Of a DNA stretch of 64,000 nt, positions 1-11,527 are shown piece by piece. The first letter of the stretch is position 1, and each line of letters opens with the position of its first letter. The DNA comes from Ostrea edulis (Eukaryota), in assembly GCF_947568905.1 (NCBI RefSeq), contig NC_079168.1, forward strand, positions 93,930,001 to 93,994,000. Direction: 5' to 3'. The notes below the pieces were generated by a model. That model did not search any database, was not told the DNA's origin, and saw only the letters and a program-made list of their open reading frames with translations. Both the position numbers and the translations under genes were made by a program.

Positions 1-3000
1 ATTTGTAACTGACGATTCGCGGTGAAAATCATGCGCTGATCCAGGAATATAGTCTCGGGTGTCAATCCTTGCATTGGGGGGGGGGGGGGGGGGGGGGGTC
101 TAAACAAGGTTACAAACATGCAGTATCTATTAAATAGATGTAGATTATATACAAAAATATGACACACTACATGCATGTTTTCATGAAACACTGTTGAAGG
201 GTGGTTGTCTATATCTGGACCCATGTTGCTCTTGCAATGAAACAGTTTAGGGAAGGGGATAACTTAATTTGATAGTTTTAAAAACAATTAAAATGTCATG
301 GAGTTATTACTTTTCAAGTTGAGTGGGTTGGGTAGGAGTCTGGACCCATGCAGCATCTGCTCTTGCAACGAAACATACATAATGATGGGGGGGGGGGGGG
401 GTATATATATATCTTGTTCTACAATGAATATTTGTATTATATCACTGTGTATATAAAAAATCCGTGGGAATACTTAACGACCCGAGTTGAATTTCGTTTA
501 GAAATAGTTTAAGGTGACAACTTCAAAGCTACCGGAAAACCAGAAGCGACACATATTCCTCCACTACTTCGGGAGGGGGTATATTTTTTTCCATTTTTAA
601 GAAATATTCTTAAGTCATCATTGAAAATAAAGATAAGTGGCTGCAGTGTGTAAAATATCTAGTTCACCAATTGGGTGTCAATCTTTTTACTTCATATGCC
701 CCCCCCCCCCCCCCCACACACACACACTCTCAAATACTTTTTATCACTTGACCATGAAAATGTAGAACGATTAAATTTGAAGTACTCAGTCAATGCAAAG
801 TAATTCAAAGTGAATTTCAATTAAGTTTCAATAAAACTATTTCTCATTTTGTTTTGTGTTTAATTGAAAACATTCATAGAACACAAGATTAGATGCTTTT
901 TGAGCAGTCATTTTCTTCATATTAAAACTTGACAGTTTACTAAAGTTCACAAGCACAAATGTAGATGACAATTCACATCACTGAAAGCAATTAGTGGATA
1001 TCCTGGTTTGACCACTATGTACAGTGTAGTAACCAGCTGATGGAGGTAAATATTATCCACTGGAGTCAATATGGCTGTCATCTGTGGGTACTAAATGGAA
1101 CAAAGAAGAAAGTTGCCAGTGAAAAATATTTAAAACACAGTACTGTAGGTCTAAGTGTTCAAGTTTATATGTGCATTATAACATAAAAACATTCAAATTC
1201 CATACCATACAGCAATATCAAAACATGCTTCATATGAATTTTCTTTTAATTTATCATTTTGAAGAAATCAATATTGACTAGATGTAAATAATACCTATAT
1301 TTATGTATATCCAGTGCCTGATTGGATTACTTAAAGTTTGTAAAAATTACCTTGTATGTACATTTGTGGTCACTGGTCTAGAGATGTGGAAAATTGGAAA
1401 TATGCTCTTTGAAAAGTTCATATTCTTGTTGGTATCATGCACATCTGTAAATAGCATTATCTCATATTATAAATACATATGCTGCAAACATTCAATGTAT
1501 TGGAGAAGGGTCTCAAATACACATAAAAAATGTGGGCAATCAGTATGCATTCAGGGTCTTTTATTTTTCTTCCATTTATTCAAACTGTAATGTAAGCGAA
1601 AATATTCCAAGTTTATTTTTTTTTTTTTTGTATGTCACTTGATAAAATTATATGTGACTGTAAATCTAGCACATGAAAATTAATGTCGTTACACGTGCGT
1701 TTGTAGAAGATATTACCACAGGTACCTGATGCACTGATACTAGCCACCCTCCCCCCTTTTTGAAAATAATTTTTGCAGCGATAAATCTGAAATGTGTTGA
1801 TTCCCTGTCGAACTCATTTCTCTTTCGATTTTTAAAAGTATTGTAATCGTTTCACACTTTTTGTAAGCTTTAGAGAGTGGCCTTGTACGGGTATAAAAAA
1901 ATTGAGTACAAATTTTGTAATAAATCATAGGCTGTTATACTTGCAATACTAAATTATATATACAGTTAGATGTCATATGTACATGCCAAATATATATACA
2001 CGTTTTTACATATATGCATATGAACTGTTAGTATTTAGTTTGTCATCATTATACATATCTCATCATTGTGTAACATGATTGTATGCCAACATGCTTGGTG
2101 AATCAATAAATAAATTAAATCATACCGGTAGAAGCTTACAAAAAGCGTGAAAGGATTACATGAATCGAAAGAAGGATGAGATAGACAGGAAATCGACTTA
2201 TTTCAGAGAAAGTATAACAAGAAAAAAAAATCAAAAGAGTGTGGGGGGGGGGGGGGGGGGTCATGTAATATCCATACTTTAGGTGCCTGTGGAGTTTACT
2301 GCCTAGATACCCGCCTGTACTCATGTTTATATAAACAAACAACAACTGGTACCATTTGAGCATCATTTCTCTAACATATAGGCATATTTTGCGTGTGTGC
2401 ACCCAATACGCTACACATCGGCATCGCAAAAAAAAAAAAAAATCAAAAGAAGGAGGGGGGAGGGGGGGGGGGGGGGGAGTAGTGTCCATTTCTCAGGTGC
2501 CTGTGGAATTTACTGCCTAGATACCCGCCTGTATTCATGTAAATCATGTGTATATGAATAAAAAAAACCAAACAACTGGTACCATTTGAGCATCAGTTCT
2601 CTACCATATATCTTGCGTGTGTGCACTTAATGCTACGAATGACGTGTGCAGTATGTAAACAAAGAACATCAAACTATGTATATACTACCTCTAAAGTATT
2701 GAGTCAATGTATATAACACAGTAAATGTTGTCTACTTTCATTGTTGACAACCTTGGTTTCAGGTATTCATACATCATTATTTCAATTACAAGAATTTACC
2801 TTGTTTTTTCCGATTTCAAAGTTCTACAACTGACATCTTCTGAACGTCGTCTTTGCCATGTGCCTAGTAAGCGTATTTTAGACGCTGATTCCAACCATAC
2901 GACAAACTTCACCAGGGTATTTCTCATCATAATGCCTTGTGATGTGTTGTCAAATCAGGGAAATTTGACTAATTTTAAGCGTAGAATAAAGGCAATATTC

Positions 3001-3292
3001 CGATATATTTTTATATGATCCTAAAAATAGAGTTTGTGTAAATGTATCCAAATATGGATTGATCAAGGCGGGGCAACTGTCATGACGTATCAGCTCATTA
3101 TGATCTCATTATCATACCGAGTTCATTCGTTACCTTAAGTGTCCTGCGTGCACCATGTATAGGGATTTTCGCCGTGACGTCAGAAATCAGTCACGTGACT
3201 TACTGGTTGGCAAAACATCAAACTTCCACCAGAGTTCGTTTGCTCACAAACCAAACTCTTCCACTTAGGCATTATGGGATAGCGATTTCTTA

Positions 3293-3608
3293 GGCCGCGT
3301 ATACTGTGACGTCACTGTAGAATGACGAAAAACCATAACGTCAAACGTAAACAACTTTCAAAACAAGAACGTAAACATCAAGTTCATTACTTTACACAAT
3401 AATTTGAACATAGTCTCCCTACTTTTTAATGATCTTTTGATCATTTTATGTTTAAAATAAAATCCATACTTTTATATTAATGCTCTTAATATTAATATCT
3501 TCAAACTTTTAACTGCGAACTACTTCTTTAGTGTAATTTGTCTACGTGATAATCGCGGACTCACAATATACAAATCTGTATATTGTGGTGCGTCACATAG
3601 GAGAGGTC
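3293..3608. mobile_element. Possible small non-autonomous element nested in the ISL2EU left end
   Basis: Imperfect inverted ends GGCCGCGTATACTGTGACGTCAC / GTGCGTCACATAGGAGAGGTC (about 16/23), TA on both sides; AT-rich interior. Confidence 0.3.
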
Positions 3609-3702
3609 TATTCGTAGGTGACGTAATGAGGCCTCGACGGGGAGTTTGGGCAAAACATTTGAAAGTTTAATGGCCGAATGCTGAGTAAACACGAGCAAAA
3701 CG

Positions 3703-6137
3703 ATGGTTGTATCATGTTGTGTAATAGGCTGTGCTAATCGATTTGATAAGAGTAGTCCGAAAAGCTTTTACCGCATACCCAAGAAGCCAGAATCAAGAAG
3801 AGAGCTCTGGATATCTGCAATTAAGCGTCAACACATCAGTGGTAAACCATGGGAACCAGCGGACCACGACCGTGTTTGCTATCTGCATTTTGTTACTGGT
3901 ATGTACAATATATACATTCATTTAGAAGTAAACAGACACATATGCTTGGACCTTAACTTATTGATACATATATGTACAGGTTAGATGTGTATTCATACAA
4001 GAATGTTAAGACCAAGCACCGGGAATTGAGGGGGGGGGGGGGTGACAAGTAAACAGAGAGAACGGATTTTGCCCGATCATTAAAATCTTGAATTGTGAGA
4101 AGGATGGGGTGGAGTATTTATCAACACAATTTGCCTAAAACCCCATATCAATATCATTTGAATTGTTAAGTGGGGAGCATCAAGCAGCACTGATGTTTAC
4201 ATGAGTTCAATATTCATAACTGTTAAAATCTTACATTCTTCTCATCTAGTCCTAATACAGCTGTAGTATGTCATACTATCAACATTAGAGGGATTTATCC
4301 AATATACCTTATATCTTTATTTATGTATAAAATAAAAGATGATCAATGTCACTCACATAAGGGGGGGGGGGGGGGGCTAAATTGTACTCAATGAAGATTC
4401 AATTGGGAACAACTCATACTTGTAAAAAGAAATGCATAAATGATTCATTATAATCTTAATTTCAGGTTCGAAGAGCAATGATCTGTCATCTCCTGATTAT
4501 GTGCCATCTGTGAATATGGGATATGACACAATCAGACAGAAAAATCCAGACCTACGAAAGGCAAGATACTTGAGAGCAGAAAAGCGTGAAACAGAGAGAC
4601 AGCATATTGAAGTAGCTTCTGCCCTTTTGGATTTATCCTGCAAGGAAAATCTCAACATGCCAGTATCAGATCCAGATCTACCCATTGACTGTAAGTTTCA
4701 GTATGTTTTCTGAATAAAAGTGCTTATAACATTTTAATAGATTAAATATAATGTATAAGATGTACAATTTCAAAATTATCAATATTTAAAAATATGCTTC
4801 TCTACAACCTGCAAGGTAAGCTAAATGCATAGTCATGTGTAGAAAAGTGTTCATTTTATTATCGTTCTGATTCCAGGGTGGAGTCAAAGTTGGCATTATC
4901 ACTAGTGCTTTTGTACTACTTGAATTTACCTCTATTTTATTGTTAAATTGTTCTATAGATATACAGTACTGCTGCTGAGTATTAAAGAGCTTAAAATTAT
5001 GCGGAACAGGAAAATTATGATAAATTTCGTAGCCTTTCAGACTATTATTTAATAATTTATCTGATACTCAGGTGATTGAAAAGACCTGTGGGACTCATTT
5101 CTACATGCATATATTCATTGACTCATTGCATTTCAGGTCCATCAAATGCATCTCAGCATGACAATTGTCAGAAGAAAATTGCTGAACTTCGCCTGGAAAA
5201 TAAACAACTTTATTGTGAATTAGAAAGACTTCAGGTGGAGAACAAAGCACTCAAAGAACAGGTGGGAAAGAGTTGCTTTGAGGAGCAAGTGACAGGGAGT
5301 GACCGCAAGCTACAATTTCACACAGGAATTCCGTCAGTTACTTTATTTATGTGGCTACTTTCATATGTGAACAGTGACCTGCCTACAAGCAAAGTGATGT
5401 CAGCTAAAAGTGTTCTATTGTGCATTTTAATGAAGCTTAGACTAAACCTACAACACCAGGACTTGGCTTATCGTTTTAATGTGTCGTTGACTACAATTTC
5501 AGATATGTTCAATTTAAGTCTACCCATTATAGCAAAGAAACTGTGTTTTCTGATTCAGTGGCCAGAAAAACAAACATTGATCCAAAATATGCCCTTTGTG
5601 TTCAAATCTTCATATCCGAAGTGCTGTAGTATCATTGACTGCTTCGAAGTCTTTATTCAGCGACCAGGACACCTTACAACAAGAGCACAAACATGGTCCA
5701 ATTACAAACATAGCAACACCATAAAGTTTTTAGTGTCTATTACACCAACAGGTGCTATATCATATGTTTCAAGAGCATTTGGTGGAAGGACATCAGACAA
5801 AGTCATTACGTTGCGAAGTGGATATCTTGACAAACTCCAGTATGGTGACCAAGTGATGGCAGACAGGGGCTTTTTGATAGCGGAGGAATTAGCAAATCAT
5901 GGAGCAACCCTTGTGATTCCTGCCTTTACCAGAGGGAAAACTCAGCTCTCGGCAAGAGATGTTGAACAAACACGGAAAATTGCACATGTAAGGATACATG
6001 TAGAGAGAGCCATTGAGAGGATCAAGAATTTCAATATTCTGAGCACTAACTTGAGTATGCACATGGTGCCTCATGCTGACAGTATTTTAACTATTTGTGC
6101 TGCAGTATGCAATCTTCAACCAAAATTAGTGGCATAA
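3703..6137 (+). CDS. THAP-coiled coil-HTH-DDE (Harbinger-type DDE_Tnp_4) transposase, 3 exons: 3703-3898, 4466-4690, 5137-6137 (473 aa)
   Basis: Exon 1 THAP C2CH (CCVIGC...W...CYLHF); GT-AG introns are phase-consistent and give ...HFVTG-SKSNDLSSPDYVPS; catalytic IIDCFE, MADRGF, VERAIERIK; total 1422 nt with no internal stop. Confidence 0.9.
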
Positions 6138-6578
6138 TGTATCAACTTAGAAGACTAATATTATATTGTCTAGATGTAAATTGAAATTTCCTTCTGCATT
6201 GACTTTTTTTATTTAAACATTGGGAGTGAAGAATTGTACTTCAAAGTTGGAAATGAACTTTCAGACATCTGTATGATCAATTCTGTTGCATTACAACCCT
6301 TTTATTTAAAGTTGTGATTTATTCCACTTATTAAACCATTGAAATATTGATTTACATTTAAAGTTCTTCATATGGATATAAGAAATATGTTTGAGGATGA
6401 CAACCATTTTTAATATGACAAATGTCAGTCATATGATAACCACTGCATCAGAGTGAAGTCAATAAAAAGGAATAAAATACATTTTATTTGCTACAGAACA
6501 GGAAATAAGCAAATAAAAGAAGAAAACAATCATGAAAACTATACGTCAATTGAGAACAATATCTTAGTCAATTTGCAG

Positions 6579-9053
6579 TCATGTATTGCAACTTGCACAG
6601 AACCACTGACCACGGGGTTTGCGTCGAATGTTAACACATGGGTAATGAAACCATTGGTACACACATCCTTCACTTTCACACTCAATCATTCGACCATACT
6701 CAGGCTCCTTGCATATGCACCAAGTGGTCCTCTCTCCGTTGTTGTTGTCAGGTGCGCCTTGGACAGAGGATGTGGGCTGTTCCTCCAACTGCCTTGTTAA
6801 CAGTTCCTTTAGGACATGGGTTTTCATAAACCTCTCACATTTGTCCAGCAATGTTCTGCAGAACTGCTCATCCCAAAAAATTCGTACTATCACCATGCTT
6901 GCAGATGGTTGGCACTTGGTGAAAACTACAAAGTCACAATACTGGCATTTCGTAATACACATCTGCATCTGTACCTGGGTAAAGTATCTGTGACTTGTCT
7001 TCAACTGTAACGACTTGTCAAGACAGAAGTCTCCATCCTTCTGTGCTGCCTCCTCAACTGAAATATCTCTGTGTTTATAGGGGCACTTAATCTCTAAAAC
7101 ACCTTTCCCACAACAATCACAGCTTATCATGCCATCTGGACTAACTCCTAAGAAGGGGTGGGCAGGATCAATCACAAATCCAGATAACTGACATTTGAAG
7201 TTCAGGTGGTTTCCTTTTTGATGACTGGCAAATGCCTGCCTGCACTCCTCTTCAGTATCTATACCCCATTTCACAGCAGTATTCTTGGACAAGTCATACA
7301 CGCTGTAACCAGCTACACGTCTTACCAAGTTATCTGGTGAAGTTGAGTCTCTCCTCACAAGAACGTCATGGGCTTTAGAGGCAGTGATCCTTCCCATTCG
7401 GTGCTGGTACCACAAAGGACTAATGCTTTGATTTCTTGTTGCTTTTTCCAAGTTGCTGACTTGGCTGGCAGACACTGAGTATGACTGGTATACTTCACAC
7501 AAATCGGGAATGTTGCCTTCAATGTCATCTTGTCTTAAGGTAGATAATAGTTTTGGATATTTTGGTTCAACTTGATCAGTCACTGATGTCATTCCACTCA
7601 AGGAAGTGAAAAAGGCAGCATTTGGTGCGATGGCGTACAATTCTTGAAGAATGTTTTGTGGTGGAAGAGGTGCTGAGCCATGTGCTTGGACAGAATCAAT
7701 TTCCTTTGTCCGTTTTCCCTTTATTTGGCTGTATATTTCTGTAATTGTGGCTGGTGTCACCTTAAAAATGAAAGAAATGTTGCATATTTGACATGTATTC
7801 AATACATTCTATTTACCTGTATCTAGATAAATGTAAAACAACTGACAAGTTTGCTAATCCAAACTATAAATAATGTCAATTTTTCATTTCCATTGTGGTT
7901 TGTGACAATAGGAACAAAGAAAAAAACATTATTAGCAAATTTACCTCCTTTCGAAATGTGCAATTCCACTGACAGGCCTTGCTGGTAGAACTAGACTTTG
8001 TTAAGCCCATCTTCACTGCCATCTCCACTTCAAACAACAACGCTGCCACATGACTGCAAACTTCTCCAAGTCTGGAATAATCATATGATTCTCAATGCAT
8101 TGCAAATATCCAGTAAACTAACGCTGACAATTTTGAAATTTAGAATATTTTAGCTTTATGAATTAAATTTTAAAGAGTACTTACAATCACAATTCATTAA
8201 ATTATACAAAGAAATGTCAATGTGTGTAAACAATACATAACTAATACAGTATATGCAATTTATTTCAAACCTCAATTTATCTTAAATCATACCCTGCCAT
8301 GCATGTGCAGTGTGCACAGTACACTGATCCACTGGCCTTCTCCAAATACACCCATGGTTCGTGGGGTTTGTCTCTGGCTCTCTGTGAAGGTGTTACTTTG
8401 GTCTTTAATGTCATATATGGACAATTCTCGTCAATCTGATGAGAGATCACTTCCTGCACATGTCCACTCAATACGTACCTGAACACACAAAAAATATCAT
8501 TAAATACCTATTTTATCCAAGTATTGAAGTAAAATATTAGAATGATATGCGCCCGGTATATATCTATATAAAGAAGTTTGCACGCCTATGTAACACGTCA
8601 CAGGTAAAGTGACCAAATATAGAAAAACACGTGATCTTTTATAAATAGGTTGATTTTATCAAAAAATCTGTTTAAAGTTTTCATACTTGTACTAAGTTAT
8701 ACGTTAGTCATGAATTCCATTAGGAATTATTTAAAAGAACAACTATCGTAATTATGCATTTATATTGTCCCATACTTGTAAGCATCTAATGATTTGTAGG
8801 CCTTCATAGACTCCTTTGTAAACAAAGATGGCGTGTCGATCAGGTACAGGTAAATATCACCGAACGTCAGATCTGGCCAGGTATCTGGGCTTCGGCTCCA
8901 ATTCTCCGTTAAATGGTAAGGATCAGGCAGAGAACAGGTACCACGGTTGTACAGCAACTTTACCGTATATCTCCTTTTCGCTTCTTCTGACAAAGAGTTC
9001 GCATATGTTGATAAAATATCGTTATCGGTAGACTTCTTCATACTAAGCGCCAT
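6579..9053 (-). CDS. SWIM zinc finger + YqaJ (lambda-exonuclease-like) nuclease + C-terminal PHD finger, 4 exons: 9053-8776, 8478-8293, 8071-7945, 7760-6579 (590 aa)
   Basis: Splicing rebuilds SLDAYKYVLSGHV and SWIM CAHCTCMAGLGEVCSH; YqaJ motifs RMGRITAS, SPDG, LEIKCP, YFTQVQMQM; PHD WCIC...MIEC...C..QWFH..C...WFCASC; 1773 nt, in frame, all GT-AG. Confidence 0.88.
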
Positions 9054-9198
9054 TATCAATTTTTGGTTCTGCCAACCAGTTTACACGCATGCCCGAATCG
9101 TGACGTCACAGTACGCTTCGGCGAACATTCCTATAGGTAAGAAATGCATGTTTCATTGCGATAAGGAGTTAATAGGATGTCTAAGGTGAAAAGTTGAA

Positions 9199-9880
9199 GC
9201 GTAAACCTAGGTTGTAAAGTAGTTTCAGTAGTGCATAAACTGCGCGGAATCTTGCGTAAACCTAGGGTGGCGATTAGCAGGGGCGGATCCAGGAATTGCT
9301 GTTACGAGGGGCGCCACTTTATGAGGCAGGGGGTCTGGGGGCCGCCTTGAGGCCTCCTGTGGGTCCAGGACAAAGCCCTGGTGGGAGCCCAAGGGGCGAA
9401 GCCCCCAAAAGCTCCTAGATTTTATAGGGCTTGAAATATGTCTCCTAGTTAAGTCATTTGTATTATTTTCTATCATTCTTAATAAGGTGAAATTAGTAAA
9501 ATAACACAAATTTGTAGGATTTTTGGAAAAAATTAAGTTCTCCAAATAAAGTAATTCAAGAAATCGAAAGATTTTGTCATTTATTGCTTCGGGAGTGGAA
9601 GAAATTATTGCTTCTTTTATTGTTTAGTACATTTTTCTAAACAAGATACCACACCTTACTTTAAATTTGAAAATTTTAGGGGGGGGGGGGGGGCGCCGGC
9701 TACGTCCCCCGCTTAAATCCGCCACTGATTAGTTTCAGTAGTGCGGAAACAGTGCAGAGACCTTAGGTTTCAGCAAGTTTCCGCTGCGTAAACCACATGG
9801 AATTGGGAACAGCCTAGGTTTACGCACTTTGTAAACTCCTGTAAACTTGAAGTTTCCAAACTGAAACCTTGCGTAAACCA
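9199..9880. repeat. Array of GCGTAAACC(TAGG) motifs in both orientations, probably subterminal repeats of a non-autonomous DNA transposon
   Basis: Repeated GCGTAAACC, its complement GGTTTACGC, and AGTTTCAGTAGTGC on both sides of the 9278-9727 insertion. Confidence 0.5.
9278..9727. mobile_element. 450-bp MITE with CAG(G/T)GGCGGAT TIRs and 5-bp TSD (hAT5-like)
   Basis: Starts CAGGGGCGGAT, ends ATCCGCCACTG; ATTAG duplicated at 9273-9277 and 9728-9732. Confidence 0.8.
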
Positions 9881-10193
9881 TTTGTTTTCTTAATTTTCCG
9901 CAACATGGAAACCATTATGATAGTTTTCATGCAGTGCGTATACGTATATTTGACCCTTAGACGACTCGCTAATATCACTTTGCCATTTCTAAAAATACTG
10001 ACATCTAAGACATGGTTCAACAGTAGTTTTTAACGAACTGATATTTATACGACTTGTTGATTCCATACGTTGGAATACCTACAAAGATAAGAAATATTTT
10101 TAATGCACATAAGTTCTTTTACAAAATTGGCCATATAAATACTTATAAAAAATACAAACTACCTTATTCTCTGGACTTAAAGGTAATTTTGCC

Positions 10194-10453
10194 CAATGAG
10201 ATATTGAATATCATTCTTGTATATACTGTCACATGTAAAGGTGGGTGACATAGACTACAATGAGATATTGAATATCATTCTTGTATATACTGTCACATGT
10301 AAAGGTGGGTGACATAGACTACAATGAGATATTGAATATCATTCTTGTATATCCTGTCACGTGTAAAGGTGGGTGACATAGACTACAATGAGATATTGAA
10401 TATCATTCTTGTATATACTGTCACATGTAAAGGTGGGTGACATAGACTACAAT
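10194..10453 (+). repeat. Tandem minisatellite, 4 x 64 bp
   Basis: Unit CAATGAGATATTGAATATCATTCTTGTATATACTGTCACATGTAAAGGTGGGTGACATAGACTA starts at 10194, 10258, 10322, 10386; near-identical, no spacers. Confidence 0.95.
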
Positions 10454-10467
10454 CTGGCTTTGTGTGT

Positions 10468-10572
10468 TTGTTGTTTTCCGCCACAGTCGACAATTTTTCA
10501 GTTATCTGGTGGCGCCCACTTTTTATTAGTGGAAGAGAGAACCCAGATACAATGTACCTGGAAAGAGACCAC
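10468..10572 (-). mobile_element. 3' fragment of a tRNA-derived SINE (same family as 11315-11527)
   Basis: Reverse complement of the 3' half of the 11315-11527 copy (GGCGCCACCAGATAACTGAAAAATTGT...GTGGCGGAAAAC). Confidence 0.75.
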
Positions 10573-11314
10573 CTTAAAATTGTGAATTTACTGGATGATA
10601 TTAATCAATATGGGAATCTTTGATATCTTTTCACTTTGGTAACGCTACATCTTCCATCTTTTTACCCTGTGTTATTTTCATTTTGAAGCCTTTCGTCAAA
10701 ATAAAGACTATTATGAACCCCAATTTAGTAAGAAATTGAATGTCTTTTTATAATCTTGTGACACATTATGATGGATCTTTCTCAAATTGTTTCAAACCCT
10801 GAGTTCAGCTCATGAAGCAAACATCCGTGCGAATTTTCTTAGGTACTCGATATTATAAACACGAGTGTTTGAGAGAAGTAACTACTTTCATTCAAAGTGT
10901 GGGATATATTCTGTTTCTTGATACATCTGTGCGTTCCGTGTGATATGTTTTTGATAAAGAAACCTCTCATTTATGTTGTTTTTTTTAAAGAAAAATAAAT
11001 AGACCGATCTCTTCAACAATCTGGAACCCGTGCGTTACTGAATCTTTTCACCATGGTCACGATAGTCCACGGTGTCTTCCCAACTATTTGAATTTATATT
11101 ATCTTTTGATCTCGCCCCTTAGGAGCGATTATATTTGCATAAATCCGAATCTCTCCACCGCTTTTGCATATTCCTGTTTCTCCTTCGAGCAAAGAATTTT
11201 TACAATTTCATACATGTACATATGAATTTAACTTTCGTTACTTAGACAATGTAATGCCCTTATTCTTATCTTCAAGTAAATTAAAGTTTTAGTCCAGAGA
11301 AGATTCAACTCCAA

Positions 11315-11527
11315 GTGGCCGAGTGTTTAGAGCATCGCGCTCAAAATCACACGGCCTTTCACCTCGCGCCGGTAAGTGAGAAAGTTTCCCAGTTTACTTT
11401 CGGAAGGTCGGTGTTCTCTTCCTAGGTACATTGTATTTGGGTTCTCTCTTCCACCAATAAAAACTGGGCGCCACCAGATAACTGAAAAATTGTTGAGTGT
11501 GGCGGAAAACAGCAAAACAATCAATCA
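11315..11527 (+). mobile_element. tRNA-derived SINE with B-box region deleted
   Basis: A-box-like GTGGCCGAGTGTTTAGAGC head, SINE body, (CAAT)n tail. Confidence 0.7.

Larger units (their letters stand above)
3161..9132. mobile_element. ISL2EU-type (PIF/Harbinger-related, PHIS) autonomous DNA transposon, 5972 bp
   Basis: TIRs AGGGATTTTCGCCG (3161-3174) and CGGCGAACATTCCT (9119-9132) match 12/14; subterminal IR ACTGGTTGGCAAAAC (3202-3216) vs 9066-9080 matches 14/15; AT on both flanks (3159-3160, 9133-9134); encloses convergent THAP-DDE and SWIM-YqaJ genes, the ISL2EU architecture. Confidence 0.9.

Noticed and set aside
1-2700. Poly-G/poly-C runs and short ORFs as G-quadruplex or coding features
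   Set aside because: Homopolymer runs are ubiquitous in this repeat landscape and length-unreliable; the ORFs are low-complexity. A ~215-bp tandem duplication at about 2255-2630 is ordinary.
2725-3018. 97-aa ORF and coding-looking minus strand
   Set aside because: No recognisable motif; the alternative frames contain stops.
10194-10453. CRISPR-like regular repeats (also 24756-25000 and 42621-42857)
   Set aside because: Units are contiguous and near-identical with no unique spacers, there are no cas genes, and the context is eukaryotic.
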